From assembly GCA_037917675.1 (NCBI GenBank), contig JAVCBW010000053.1:1-36214 (forward strand): a stretch of DNA of 36,214 nt. The letters run 5' to 3'. Below the pieces are notes generated by a model. It saw only the letters and a list, made by a program, of their open reading frames with translations, was not told the origin of the DNA and ran no database searches. A program made the translations under genes and the position numbers. This document shows positions 8,942-18,313 of this stretch, piece by piece. Positions within the stretch are counted from its first letter, which is position 1, and each line of letters starts with the position of its first letter. The DNA comes from Thermoproteota archaeon (GTDB taxonomy: Archaea; Korarchaeota; Korarchaeia; B14-G2).

Positions 8942-10316
8942 GCAAGATCTCCTCTAGCCTACGCTTATCAACTGGGACCTCAGGCTTCGTGAATAGGTCT
9001 CTAGGTGCCTTGCAGGTTGCATCCACAATCACTTTCGACTGAGCCTCTTCAACGAGGACTCTCCTCCCACCTATATTAACATACCTCAGGTTGCTCCTAT
9101 CTAGGCTAGAGCCTCTCACCTCCCGGATGACGTGGATGTCCCTAGCTGGGTTAGCTCTCTGAGCTACTGCTCTAGCCACCTGCTCATAGTCCTCCACATC
9201 TATGTCGTCATCAACCACTATCACGCTCTTAAGAGACTTGTGAGCTGATATAGCTGCTAAAGCAACTATGAGAGGCTGCCCCTCATACTCCTTCTCAATG
9301 CTCACTGCAACCTCAATCCAGTGGGCTCCAGCTGGAGTCATGGCTACCCTAGCCTTCTTAGCATGCTTCCTCACCTCTCTGAGTATTATGGGCTCGACTG
9401 GAAGCCCCATGAGAAGCTCATGCTCTCTGCCACCAGGGAGTATAGCCTGGTAGAGTGGGCTGTCAGCTAGGTGCATCAGCTTGACATCTACTACTGGCTG
9501 CATCCTAGCTACATCAACACCCATTATCTCATAGAAGGGGCCCTCCTTAGCTCTCGACCCAGGCTCAATGACCCCCTCTAGAACTATTTCAGAGTGAGCT
9601 GGGACATCGAGGTCAACTACCTCACAGCTTGCCACCTCAAGTGGAGACCTCTGGATCGCTGCAGCAAGCTCCAGCTTATCTACCCCCATAGCTGGAGAGG
9701 CAGCAGCCAAGGCCATAGATGGAGGGACTCCTATCGCTATAGCTACCTCAATAGGCTCACCTGCATCCTCTCTAAGAGATATTATCCTGTGGAGCTCTCT
9801 GCCTTCGACAACTCTCATAGCTAGCCTACTGCGTCCAACAGGCATCATCCTGTGATATGAGGCAGATACGTAGCCTTCAGGGTGCTTAGCGAACACCACT
9901 CCAGCAGTGATGTATGGAGCAGGCTCACATGGATAGTGCCTCAAAACTGGAAGCACACCTGCTACATCAGGCGCCTCCAGGGTCTCTCCGCCGAAGAAAG
10001 GTTTTCCCCTCGTGATGGATCCCCTGCTTGCTAAGGCCTTAGCAAGCACGTCCTGAACTGGCAGATTTGGAGATATGACCATAGAGATAGCCTTCCTGCT
10101 AGAGTACAATCCGCCTACTACAGGAATCCTATGCTCTCCCCCCCTGTGTGCCGGCCTATGGAAGATGCATGCTTTCCTGCCTTCAAGCCTGCTGATCACG
10201 TAGGGTATCTCGTATTCTGTTGAGATCAGCTCTCTGAAGTCTCTCACGGCACCCTCTCTCCTCATCCTAGCTACCGCTGACCTCAGAGAAATGCATGCTG
10301 CATCCTCACCTGACAT
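8934..10316 (-). CDS. UbiD-family prenyl-FMN decarboxylase (possibly anhydromevalonate phosphate decarboxylase)
   Basis: YITAGVV, SYHRM, VPAHSEIVLEG, EGPF, VVDDDIDV, GSSLD, VDAT motifs. Likely start ATG 10316; stop overlaps the hflX start. Confidence 0.88.
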   Translation of the reverse strand: MSGEDAACISLRSAVARMRREGAVRDFRELISTEYEIPYVISRLEGRKACIFHRPAHRGGEHRIPVVGGLYSSRKAISMVISPNLPVQDVLAKALASRGSITRGKPFFGGETLEAPDVAGVLPVLRHYPCEPAPYITAGVVFAKHPEGYVSASYHRMMPVGRSRLAMRVVEGRELHRIISLREDAGEPIEVAIAIGVPPSMALAAASPAMGVDKLELAAAIQRSPLEVASCEVVDLDVPAHSEIVLEGVIEPGSRAKEGPFYEIMGVDVARMQPVVDVKLMHLADSPLYQAILPGGREHELLMGLPVEPIILREVRKHAKKARVAMTPAGAHWIEVAVSIEKEYEGQPLIVALAAISAHKSLKSVIVVDDDIDVEDYEQVARAVAQRANPARDIHVIREVRGSSLDRSNLRYVNIGGRRVLVEEAQSKVIVDATCKAPRDLFTKPEVPVDKRRLEEILLA

Positions 10317-10399
10317 GTTCTGGAGGGGGGCATGGAAAGGTTTAAGTATATTGGCTGTCAACCCTTACGCCAGCCTTCGACGGATGCCATACATGTAGG

Positions 10400-10870
10400 G
10401 TGGCACATAAGGCACTACTAGTGGAGGTGGCTACCTTGCTGACACAGCTTTCATATGAGATAGAGGTGCCTCTAGACGCACCATACTTAGACGAGAGTCT
10501 GCATAAGAGGCTTCTCAGAGAGTTCCCTGGGAGAGTAGAGTTCACGAGAGACCCTCCGAGGTGGGTGGTGAAGATCAAGAGCAAAGCTGACGCTGACAGG
10601 CTGATCAAGCTGCTGAGGAGCATGAGCTACCCAAAGAGCCTGCTGAAAGAGCTCTCCTATGGGCTAGAGAGCATAGTGTTCCTAGACATAGAGAGGGGCA
10701 TACTTAAGGCGAAGACTCTAGCCACGAGAGGGGCAGCTGTCGAAGTTGCTGCGACAATAGACGGAGTACCACTCTCGATAGCTAGACATAGGCTTAGATG
10801 GGGGCTTAGAAAGGCACCGAGAGTGAGAGTCCTCCTACCTGAGGGAGTGAGCATAAGCGAGCTGCTATAG
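10400..10870 (+). CDS. Hypothetical protein
   Basis: 156-aa ORF with host-like codon usage, divergent from the ubiD-family gene and filling the gap; no recognised motif. Confidence 0.65.
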   Translation: MAHKALLVEVATLLTQLSYEIEVPLDAPYLDESLHKRLLREFPGRVEFTRDPPRWVVKIKSKADADRLIKLLRSMSYPKSLLKELSYGLESIVFLDIERGILKAKTLATRGAAVEVAATIDGVPLSIARHRLRWGLRKAPRVRVLLPEGVSISELL

Positions 10871-10917
10871 CAACATACCCTATAGCTGGGAGCCTATCTG
10901 GCTCCGTGGCCTCTGGG

Positions 10918-11697
10918 CTAGAGCGCATGTATCTCTGACTCTATTGCTGCTGGCCTAGCTGAAAACAGCTCTAGGCTAGACACTATGTCAGGTGGCCTCC
11001 TGCAGCTCTCTACCTGGCTCAGTGTAGGCGTCTGGAGCTCGACTAGAGGCCTTGGGCTGATGGCTTCCATGGCTTCCAGTATGGCTTCAGCTAGCTCTCT
11101 GGTCTTCACAACTATGATGTCAGCTAGCTCAGCTGCTTCAAGGGCTTCTACCATGTTAGATGCCTCTACTGCAACCTTCAAGCCTAGGCTCCTCGCTAGC
11201 TTAGCTCTCTCAGCTGCCTCCCTTGCTCCTCCAGAGAGCTTTGCGTGAAGAGAGGATATGAGGGCTACATCCTCTCTGAACCCTAAGCCACCACCATCTT
11301 CAACAGCTCTACACTCCAGCTCATATAGCCTATATGGGATTTGGAGCGGGAGAGCTATAGCTGATGGAGCTAGCTTAGCCCTCTCAGATCTCACCTTGGT
11401 AGCTATGCTACATGCCCTAGATAGTATGAGCCTGATAGCTGGCTCTATAAGCAGGAGAGCTCTAGAGCATCCCTTAAGCTCAAGCAGTGGCCTCCCTCTC
11501 CTCACGAGCTCTGAGTCTCTAGCCTTCATATCAGCTTCGATGCCTAGCTTTGAAGCTAGGCTTGCAGCTACACCTATACCTGATGCTACAATGTCCTCTA
11601 GTGGGGTGATCTCTAGCACACACCTCTTAGATGGAGCTGAAAGCTGAGCTGCCCTCGCAGCTAGCGGTAGAGAGCGATCTAAGCTAGCTACATCCAT
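10918..11697 (-). CDS. NadC/quinolinate phosphoribosyltransferase-fold protein lacking catalytic motifs
   Basis: IVASGI, IAT, AVEDGGG, VAVEA...ADIIV align to the NadC layout, but TRKT, NHR, IKDNH and MLDN are absent. Confidence 0.65.
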   Translation of the reverse strand: MDVASLDRSLPLAARAAQLSAPSKRCVLEITPLEDIVASGIGVAASLASKLGIEADMKARDSELVRRGRPLLELKGCSRALLLIEPAIRLILSRACSIATKVRSERAKLAPSAIALPLQIPYRLYELECRAVEDGGGLGFREDVALISSLHAKLSGGAREAAERAKLARSLGLKVAVEASNMVEALEAAELADIIVVKTRELAEAILEAMEAISPRPLVELQTPTLSQVESCRRPPDIVSSLELFSARPAAIESEIHAL

Positions 11698-12379
11698 CCT
11701 GGATCTTCCTCAAAGCCTCTTTGACCTCAGCTAGCTCGCCTTCTATTCGAGACAACCTCTCTTCTAGAGAGCTCTTGAGCAGGGCTAGCTGGGCTGCAAG
11801 CTTGAGCAGCTTGAAGCTAGCCTCCCTAGGGAGCTTCCCTTCCCTCCTCAGCCTGCCTATAGCTGAGGCAAGCTCTCTTGGTGTGCATCCAGCTCTCCTC
11901 GACGCCTCCTCCATGTCATCTGAGTGAGCAAGCGTATCTGCTAGATCACCTAGAGCTGAAGCTGCCTCCAGTGCCCTAGATAAGGTGTCTGCTACAGCCT
12001 CTCTGACAGCATACTCTAGCTCCTCACCCTCTAGTAGCATGTAGTAGTCTGGGAGCTGGATGACCTCTACACCAAGCCTCTCAGCTACAGCTTGAGCAGC
12101 ATCGTCAGCCAGCCCCTTGCAGACGAGCAGAGGCTTCATTCCTAGGAGCAGAGCGTTGACATACGCCTGCCTGACATCTGAGACGCCAGCTCTGCCAGCC
12201 TTGACCTCGACAGCATACCTAGAGCCCTGAGAGCTCTCTGCTATGATGTCTACTTCACCAGCATCAACTTCACCTAGCTTTATCTTCCTCGAGACCTCTA
12301 GGACTCTGAGCCCAGAGCTCTCTAGGACTTCAGTAGCTATCCTGAGAGAGCTCTCTCCTCTCCTAGCCAGCTCCACCAC
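11684..12379 (-). CDS. PD-(D/E)XK nuclease-like protein (YraN/RecB-like) with C-terminal helical/coiled-coil region
   Basis: GE...GEVDIIAE...YAVEVKAG...DVRQAY motif. Confidence 0.8.
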   Translation of the reverse strand: MVELARRGESSLRIATEVLESSGLRVLEVSRKIKLGEVDAGEVDIIAESSQGSRYAVEVKAGRAGVSDVRQAYVNALLLGMKPLLVCKGLADDAAQAVAERLGVEVIQLPDYYMLLEGEELEYAVREAVADTLSRALEAASALGDLADTLAHSDDMEEASRRAGCTPRELASAIGRLRREGKLPREASFKLLKLAAQLALLKSSLEERLSRIEGELAEVKEALRKIQDGCS

Positions 12380-13834
12380 CTACATGTAAGGTGAGATGAA
12401 TGCCTCAATCAATGCTGCAGCAATGAAGAGAGGTAAGGTCCCTGCTGCAGCTAGCGCTATAGACTCTACTAGCTCAGATGGAAGAGAGCTGCCTCTCCTC
12501 AGGGAGGCTAATACAGCCCTGCTTAGCCTGAGCCCTAGGCTACAGCAGATTATGAAAGCTGGGACCTCTACTACTCCATGGGGTATGAGCTTGAGCTCTA
12601 TAGGCTCACCTGTTATAGGCTTGAGGAACCCTACTGCAAGCCCTATGACATAGCCGTTTACAGCTGAAATCAGGAGGGGAGAGGCAACCAGGATCCCCGA
12701 TGAAGCTGACGCCAAGCCTACCTGCCAGTTATGTGACATTATGAGCATGGCTAGCCCTGAGCTCTCTAGGATGCCTAGAGGCCCTCCTGATAGAAGAGAC
12801 CTGATAGCTTCAGCAGCCTGAGCTGAGATGGCTCCTGCAGCTACAGCACCCCTATGGTAGCCTACCAGCAGCAGTACAGCTAGGATAGCAGCTGAGATAG
12901 CTGCCTCCGGCACCAGCTCTCTGGCAGCTCTAGCTAGGGCGCTAGCTGAGGCCTTAAGCCCACCAGCTAGGGTGTCTAGTACTCTGCTGCCAGAGGGGGG
13001 TGGAGCAGGGAGCTCTCCATGTAAGAGCATGTAGACTGACATGACAGAAGCCATCCTCGAGGGATTCAGGTATAGAGCTAGGAGAGCTGTGATCGATAGT
13101 GAGAGCCCTGGAGCCAAAAGGTCTCCTACTGATAGGAGTGCTGCTGAGGCAGCTAGCAGAAGGAAGTATATGGCTCTGATCATGAAGGTCAGCATAGGCT
13201 CTCTAGTGAAGAGAGCTACTGAAGCAGCTATAGACTGCAGCACATCGAAGCCATCTGCAGCAAAGCAGTAGGCATAGGTGTAGGCTAGCTCCACCAAAGC
13301 ATACCAGGCCATGGAGGCTATGATGGCCCAAGCTGACTCAGCTAGCAGCTGAAGCCACACTCCAGGAGGCTCTCCAGCTAGCTTTGAAGCAAGGTAGGCT
13401 AAGGCGAGAGCTGCTGGGAGGAGCTGAGCTGATAGCTTTGTGAAAGCTATCATCAGAGGCTTTAGAGGGCTCCTCAAGACAGCTGTGAGAGGCTCTCCTG
13501 TCTCAGCTTCCTCAGATCTGAGGAGGCTCCTCAAGTAGAGGGCTGCAGGCATCCAGGAGAAGGCTTCAGCTAGCCCCATGGCCACAGCAGATGCCAGAGC
13601 TATGGCAGCAAGCTCCCTTGACTTAGCTGCTTCAGCTATAAGCTGGAGGAAGCCTCCTCCAGCTGAGATCATGGGGGCAAGCTTGAAGAGGAGTTCAGCT
13701 AGCAGGATAGTGGAGGCCACACTTGCTATAGCTGAGGCCCCCCATCCTGAAAGCTGGAATACAGCTAGCCTAGGGTTGGAGAAGCCCCACTTGAGCCCTA
13801 CCAGCACAGAGGACAATGAGCTAGGCCTTCTCAC
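12380..13834 (-). CDS. Multi-pass membrane protein with C-terminal SpoIIM domain
   Basis: Many TM helices; HNW, NGYVIG, LIPHGVVEVPAF, AAALIEAFISP are SpoIIM signatures. Confidence 0.8.
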   Translation of the reverse strand: MRRPSSLSSVLVGLKWGFSNPRLAVFQLSGWGASAIASVASTILLAELLFKLAPMISAGGGFLQLIAEAAKSRELAAIALASAVAMGLAEAFSWMPAALYLRSLLRSEEAETGEPLTAVLRSPLKPLMIAFTKLSAQLLPAALALAYLASKLAGEPPGVWLQLLAESAWAIIASMAWYALVELAYTYAYCFAADGFDVLQSIAASVALFTREPMLTFMIRAIYFLLLAASAALLSVGDLLAPGLSLSITALLALYLNPSRMASVMSVYMLLHGELPAPPPSGSRVLDTLAGGLKASASALARAARELVPEAAISAAILAVLLLVGYHRGAVAAGAISAQAAEAIRSLLSGGPLGILESSGLAMLIMSHNWQVGLASASSGILVASPLLISAVNGYVIGLAVGFLKPITGEPIELKLIPHGVVEVPAFIICCSLGLRLSRAVLASLRRGSSLPSELVESIALAAAGTLPLFIAAALIEAFISPYM

Positions 13835-14441
13835 GTGCCCTCACCCCAAGCTCTGCTACAGCTTCTCTAGTAAGCCTCCTCAGCCTACGGTATGCTGAGG
13901 GATGCCTCCTCTCACCCCTGATAGTCTCAACTAGATGCTGATAGAGAGACTCCGTTAGCCTCTTGAGTGCGAGCCTAGCTGAAGCCCTATCACGTGCTAT
14001 CAGAGGGAGCACAGGGGCTCCACGTGCCCCTATTGCCTCAGCTACAGCCTCAGGGGGATGTGCTCCAGGCAGGTCCTGCTTGTTAGCACATATGACAGTA
14101 GGGATGTCTCCAGCTGACGTAAAGAAGCTGTATATCATCCTAGCTTCAGGCCAGCTCCCAGCATCAGTTGAGTCTACAAGGAGCAGCAGAGCATCCATAC
14201 CATTAGCTAGCTGATCCCACATGAAGCGGAACCTCCTCTGCCCTGGTGCACCAAAGAGAAGGAGGAGGATCCTTGGAGTAAGCTTCACCTGCCCCAAGTC
14301 GAATGCTACAGTTGTAGTAGACTCGCCTCCAGTAAGCGGGGTCTCTGACAGGAGAGGGGTACTGTCGCTTACAGACTTGATGAAGGTCGTCTTCCCAGCT
14401 CCAAAGGGCCCTGCTACAACAACCTTAAACCTGAACAACAT
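13821..14441 (-). CDS. Small GTPase, MglA/CvnD-like
   Basis: G1 GPFGAGKTT, TTTVAFDLG, FGAPGQRRFRFMW, G4 NKQD; likely start ATG 14441. Confidence 0.88.
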   Translation of the reverse strand: MLFRFKVVVAGPFGAGKTTFIKSVSDSTPLLSETPLTGGESTTTVAFDLGQVKLTPRILLLLFGAPGQRRFRFMWDQLANGMDALLLLVDSTDAGSWPEARMIYSFFTSAGDIPTVICANKQDLPGAHPPEAVAEAIGARGAPVLPLIARDRASARLALKRLTESLYQHLVETIRGERRHPSAYRRLRRLTREAVAELGVRAREKA

Positions 14442-14533
14442 GAGCACCAAGATGCGAGCCCACCGCCATATATTACTTTGGCCTCCACAACTTAAATCAG
14501 CCTCCATGCTAGGGTTATAGGTGTAGCCTAGAG

Positions 14534-16006
14534 ATGGCTGAGGAAATAGTGAGAGAGAAGCTCAAGAAGTACAGGGAGATACTTGAGATGGGGATTAACC
14601 CGTTCAAGGAGACCAGGTTTGAGAGGACACATACAGCTAGCGACATAAAGAGGGAGTTCAGCTGGGTGAGCCCAGACAGGCATTCAGATAGCCAGGTGAG
14701 GGTAGCTGGGAGGATAAGAGGGAAGAGAGTGCATGGAGGCTCAGCCTTCATGGATCTAGAGGACGCTACAGGCAGGGTGCAGCTCTACTTCGCCAGGGAC
14801 AAGCTCGGAGAAGAGAGCTATAGCTTCGCTAGAAAGTATGTTGACATAGGCGACATACTGGGAGCCTGGGGTAGGGTATTCAGGACAAGGAGAGGAGAGC
14901 TCACAGTAGAGGTCCTAGGATATAAGCTCCTAGCTAAGTCGATAAGGCCTCTGCCATCAGAGTGGCATGGGCTAAAGGAGGTTGAGGCAAGATACAGGCA
15001 GCGATACCTCGACCTCATAATGAACCCAGAGATCAAGAGGAGGTTCCAGCTTAGAGCTAAGATAATAGCTGAGATAAGGAGGTTCCTCGACTCAAGGGGG
15101 TTCCTTGAAGTCGAGACCCCGATGATGAGCTATGTGGCGACAGGCGCCTTAGCTAGGCCATTCAAGACATGGCATAATGAGCTTGGTGTAGAGCTATATC
15201 TGAGGATAGCTCCAGAGCTATACTTGAAGAGGCTGATAGTAGGAGGATATGAGAAGGTATATGAGATAGGGAAGGTTTTCAGGAATGAGAGCATAGATAG
15301 GATGCACAACCCAGACTTCACCATGCTAGAGCTCTACCAGGCATATAGCGACTACAATGACATAATGAAGCTCACAGAGGAGCTCATAGCAACTGTAGCA
15401 GAGAGAGCTCTCGGCACCACAAGGATAGCGTACCAGGGCAGGGAGATAGACCTGACACCACCCTTCAAGAGAGTGAAGTTCTATGATGCCATAGAGGAGC
15501 ATACTGGAGTAGACTTCAGAGGCCTGAATAGGGAGGAGACCCTGGAGAAGGCTCTAGAGCTAGGGGTACAGACAGAGAGGACATATACTAAGGGGCATAT
15601 ACTAGACAAGATCCTAGAGCATAGTGTAGTCCCTAAGCTGGTTCAGCCGACCTTCATATTAGACTACCCAGTTGAGATATCACCTCTAGCTAAAGCCTCA
15701 AGTGAGCCTGGGCTAGTAGAGAGGTTTGAGCTCTTCATAGCTGGAATGGAGGTTGCAAACGCCTTCTCAGAGCTAAATGACCCATTCGACCAGAGGAGGA
15801 GGTTCATGGAGCAGCTTGAGCTCAGGAAGATGGGAGATGAGGAAGCTCATGAGATGGATGAAGACTACATCACAGCCTTAGAGTATGGGATGCCTCCGAC
15901 AGGAGGCCTAGGCATCGGAGTAGATAGGCTGGTAATGATCCTAACAGATGCCCCCTCAATAAGAGAGGTCATACTGTTCCCAGTCCTGAGGCCTGAGAAA
16001 AAGTAG
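14534..16006 (+). CDS. lysS: Lysine--tRNA ligase, class II
   Basis: OB-fold anticodon domain, RYRQRYLDLI, YLRIAPELYLKRL, FRNESID..HNPDFT, YGMPPTGGLGIGVDRL. Confidence 0.97.
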   Translation: MAEEIVREKLKKYREILEMGINPFKETRFERTHTASDIKREFSWVSPDRHSDSQVRVAGRIRGKRVHGGSAFMDLEDATGRVQLYFARDKLGEESYSFARKYVDIGDILGAWGRVFRTRRGELTVEVLGYKLLAKSIRPLPSEWHGLKEVEARYRQRYLDLIMNPEIKRRFQLRAKIIAEIRRFLDSRGFLEVETPMMSYVATGALARPFKTWHNELGVELYLRIAPELYLKRLIVGGYEKVYEIGKVFRNESIDRMHNPDFTMLELYQAYSDYNDIMKLTEELIATVAERALGTTRIAYQGREIDLTPPFKRVKFYDAIEEHTGVDFRGLNREETLEKALELGVQTERTYTKGHILDKILEHSVVPKLVQPTFILDYPVEISPLAKASSEPGLVERFELFIAGMEVANAFSELNDPFDQRRRFMEQLELRKMGDEEAHEMDEDYITALEYGMPPTGGLGIGVDRLVMILTDAPSIREVILFPVLRPEKK

Positions 16007-16024
16007 GGGTGGCCGCCCTCCGGG

Positions 16025-16207
16025 CTACTCCATTGAAATAGCGCCCTCAGGGCAGCTCTCAACACAGGCCTGGCACTCCATGCAGGCTTCTGGATGCACT
16101 ACGTGAGACTTCCCCTCCCTTATCTCGAAGACAACAGGGTCTGCAGGGCATACTTCCACACAGGTCCCACAGCCAGTACACTTCTCATGATCGACCTTCA
16201 GAGGCAT
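16025..16207 (-). CDS. 2x[4Fe-4S] ferredoxin
   Basis: CTGCGTCVEVCP and CMECQACVESCP. Confidence 0.92.
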   Translation of the reverse strand: MPLKVDHEKCTGCGTCVEVCPADPVVFEIREGKSHVVHPEACMECQACVESCPEGAISME

Positions 16208-16304
16208 CTAACCACCCCAGCAGCCCTAGAGCAGCACATTAAAAACTTTAAGCGACATCTTAGAGAGCAGACGCTAAAGCAGCCTAGGCACTGCTAGCGG
16301 CATG

Positions 16305-17069
16305 CTAGCCTGAGATATCCCAGAGCGGAGACCAGTAATCCCAGTCATCTGGTACACCAGGATACCTACCATACTCAGGGTCATCTATCCAGTTGACTAT
16401 GAGATAAGAGTACTGGTCAAAGAAGCTGTTGTCATAGATGACGTTACTGAAGTACCAGCCTCCAGCATAGGTGCCATAAGCTGTTATGCCAAGGCATATC
16501 ATGACAGGCCTACCGTCACGATCCTCAAAGAGCTCTATCAGGAACAGGTCGCTCCTCCCCATGTTCCTAGCTATCTCATCAAACGAGACAGAGAGGAGCT
16601 CTTCTCCAGTGTCAGTTTTCGTGAAGTGGACAGCAACATCATCTGCCCAGACCACAACAGGAGGACAGCCCTCAGTCATATAGTAGTATGAGAGCGCGTT
16701 AGTGACTGGGCCTCCAAAGAGGATCAGAGAGCTGCCAGGCTCGAAATGTGAGTTATTGGGAGTATAGGGGGGCTCCTGTGATATGAAGTACTCGTTGCTA
16801 TCAGCAATCACAACAACAGAGGCATTCCATCCTCCAGGGATGGCGGCAACATAGGCTGCAGCAAGGTTGTCATGGACTGCTCCAGGGATAGGCTTCCCAT
16901 TCTCCCCTGTCTCAGTTATCACAAGATAGCATACACGGGAGTTGACAAACATGCTCTTGAAGTCACCAAATGTGAGCTGAGACTGGCTGCCGCCATAGCC
17001 AGCTAGAGGAGTGAGCAAAGTAACCATAAGCATAGACAGGATACAGAGGTCAATACGCCTACAGGACAA
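16305..17069 (-). CDS. Secreted/surface protein with S-layer-C-terminal-like domain
   Basis: Signal peptide; LILFGGPVTN...DLFLIELFED.DGR.VMICLG...GT shared with 18314-19351. Confidence 0.7.
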   Translation of the reverse strand: MSCRRIDLCILSMLMVTLLTPLAGYGGSQSQLTFGDFKSMFVNSRVCYLVITETGENGKPIPGAVHDNLAAAYVAAIPGGWNASVVVIADSNEYFISQEPPYTPNNSHFEPGSSLILFGGPVTNALSYYYMTEGCPPVVVWADDVAVHFTKTDTGEELLSVSFDEIARNMGRSDLFLIELFEDRDGRPVMICLGITAYGTYAGGWYFSNVIYDNSFFDQYSYLIVNWIDDPEYGRYPGVPDDWDYWSPLWDISG

Positions 17070-17200
17070 GCAGACCCCAACCCTCTAGCTGAAGGCATTT
17101 AACTACTTTAGCTTCACAAACATGTGAGAACGTTCACTAATCAGAGAACCAAAAGCTTAACCTAGGCTCCATAGCATAAGCCATCAGCTAGCAGCTATGC

Positions 17201-18181
17201 TTAGGCCTCAGCCTCCATTTCATCTAGAGGCTTCATAAGGATGATCCTATTAGTCTTCCCCATAGGCTCCTTTCTCACAACCCCCTTCTCAGCGAGCTTC
17301 GAGATAAGTGTGCTCACTCTAGACTTAGAGTAGCCTGTCCTCCTACATATCTCCTTCTGTGTAAGCTCGCCTCCAGCTTCAGCAAGGACCTTGATGACCC
17401 TAGCTTCAGCTGAGCTCAGGGAGAAAGGCTCCTCAAGCTCTCTAGAGGCGCCTCCAGCTAAGCCTAGCAGCCTGAATGCTATAGCTGAGGAGGCTGCTCC
17501 AGCAGCAAAGAACACTACAGCCATAGCCCAGCTCCACCTCTGAGCTCCAATCTTCCTACATGCGAGGACCAAGTCAACCTTCTCCCCTGGGCTCGATATA
17601 GCCCATTCTACAGTCATCCTGACCCCGTCAGCAGTAACTCTGCTAGGAGGAGGAGAGACAAAAGACGTGTTTGGCGTGAAACCTCCCTTCAAGCTCAGAG
17701 GAAAGGGGAGGCGGAAGCTCTCTGGGAGAGCTAAGCTGACCCTGATATCCTCAGTGAGAGCAGCACACAGGAGAGTCATCGAGAAAACATGGTACTCACC
17801 CTTCTTCTCAATGAGCCCTGAGAGAGAGTACTCTATACGTAAAGTATAGGTCTCACCTAGCTTAAGAGGACGCCTCAACTTAATGATGACCTCACCCTCC
17901 TCAGGTACAGCATACTCAAGAGGCCCCTCAGAGTCCTGGACAACAACATCCTCGATATCATAGGCAGAGAGGAAAGTGAACTCACTAACCTCCTCCCTAC
18001 CCCTGTTAAGAAGCCTAACCTGCAGGCTTATGTCAGCTCCACCAGACTCGCTCATAGAGATACTATACATGTAGCTTACACTACACTGGGGGGCCTCTCT
18101 GCTGATACAGTAGGGAGCAAGCATAATAGATAGCACAGCAGAGAGCAGGAAGCCTCTATTCAGCAGCATGTAACACCGCAC
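17201..18181 (-). CDS. Membrane-anchored transcriptional regulator (extracellular beta domain, TM helix, C-terminal winged HTH)
   Basis: Signal peptide, beta-rich domain, one TM helix, then LSSAEARVIKVLAEAGGELTQKEICRRTGYSKSRVSTLISKLAEKGVVRKEPMGKTN. Confidence 0.82.
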   Translation of the reverse strand: MRCYMLLNRGFLLSAVLSIMLAPYCISREAPQCSVSYMYSISMSESGGADISLQVRLLNRGREEVSEFTFLSAYDIEDVVVQDSEGPLEYAVPEEGEVIIKLRRPLKLGETYTLRIEYSLSGLIEKKGEYHVFSMTLLCAALTEDIRVSLALPESFRLPFPLSLKGGFTPNTSFVSPPPSRVTADGVRMTVEWAISSPGEKVDLVLACRKIGAQRWSWAMAVVFFAAGAASSAIAFRLLGLAGGASRELEEPFSLSSAEARVIKVLAEAGGELTQKEICRRTGYSKSRVSTLISKLAEKGVVRKEPMGKTNRIILMKPLDEMEAEA

Positions 18182-18313
18182 ACTAGCACTACAGCAGGCG
18201 TTATAAAAAGGTTAGCGGCATGCCGATGCAGCAGCTAGAAGCAAGCTATAAGCTGATACAGCAGCATAGCGGGTAAGCTTAAAAGATGCAGGAGCCTAGC
18301 CTTAAGGGGCTCC

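Noticed and set aside
14534-16006. Class II LysRS in an archaeon as a novelty
   Set aside because: Class II LysRS is established in several Thermoproteota and in Methanosarcina; the gene has native composition.
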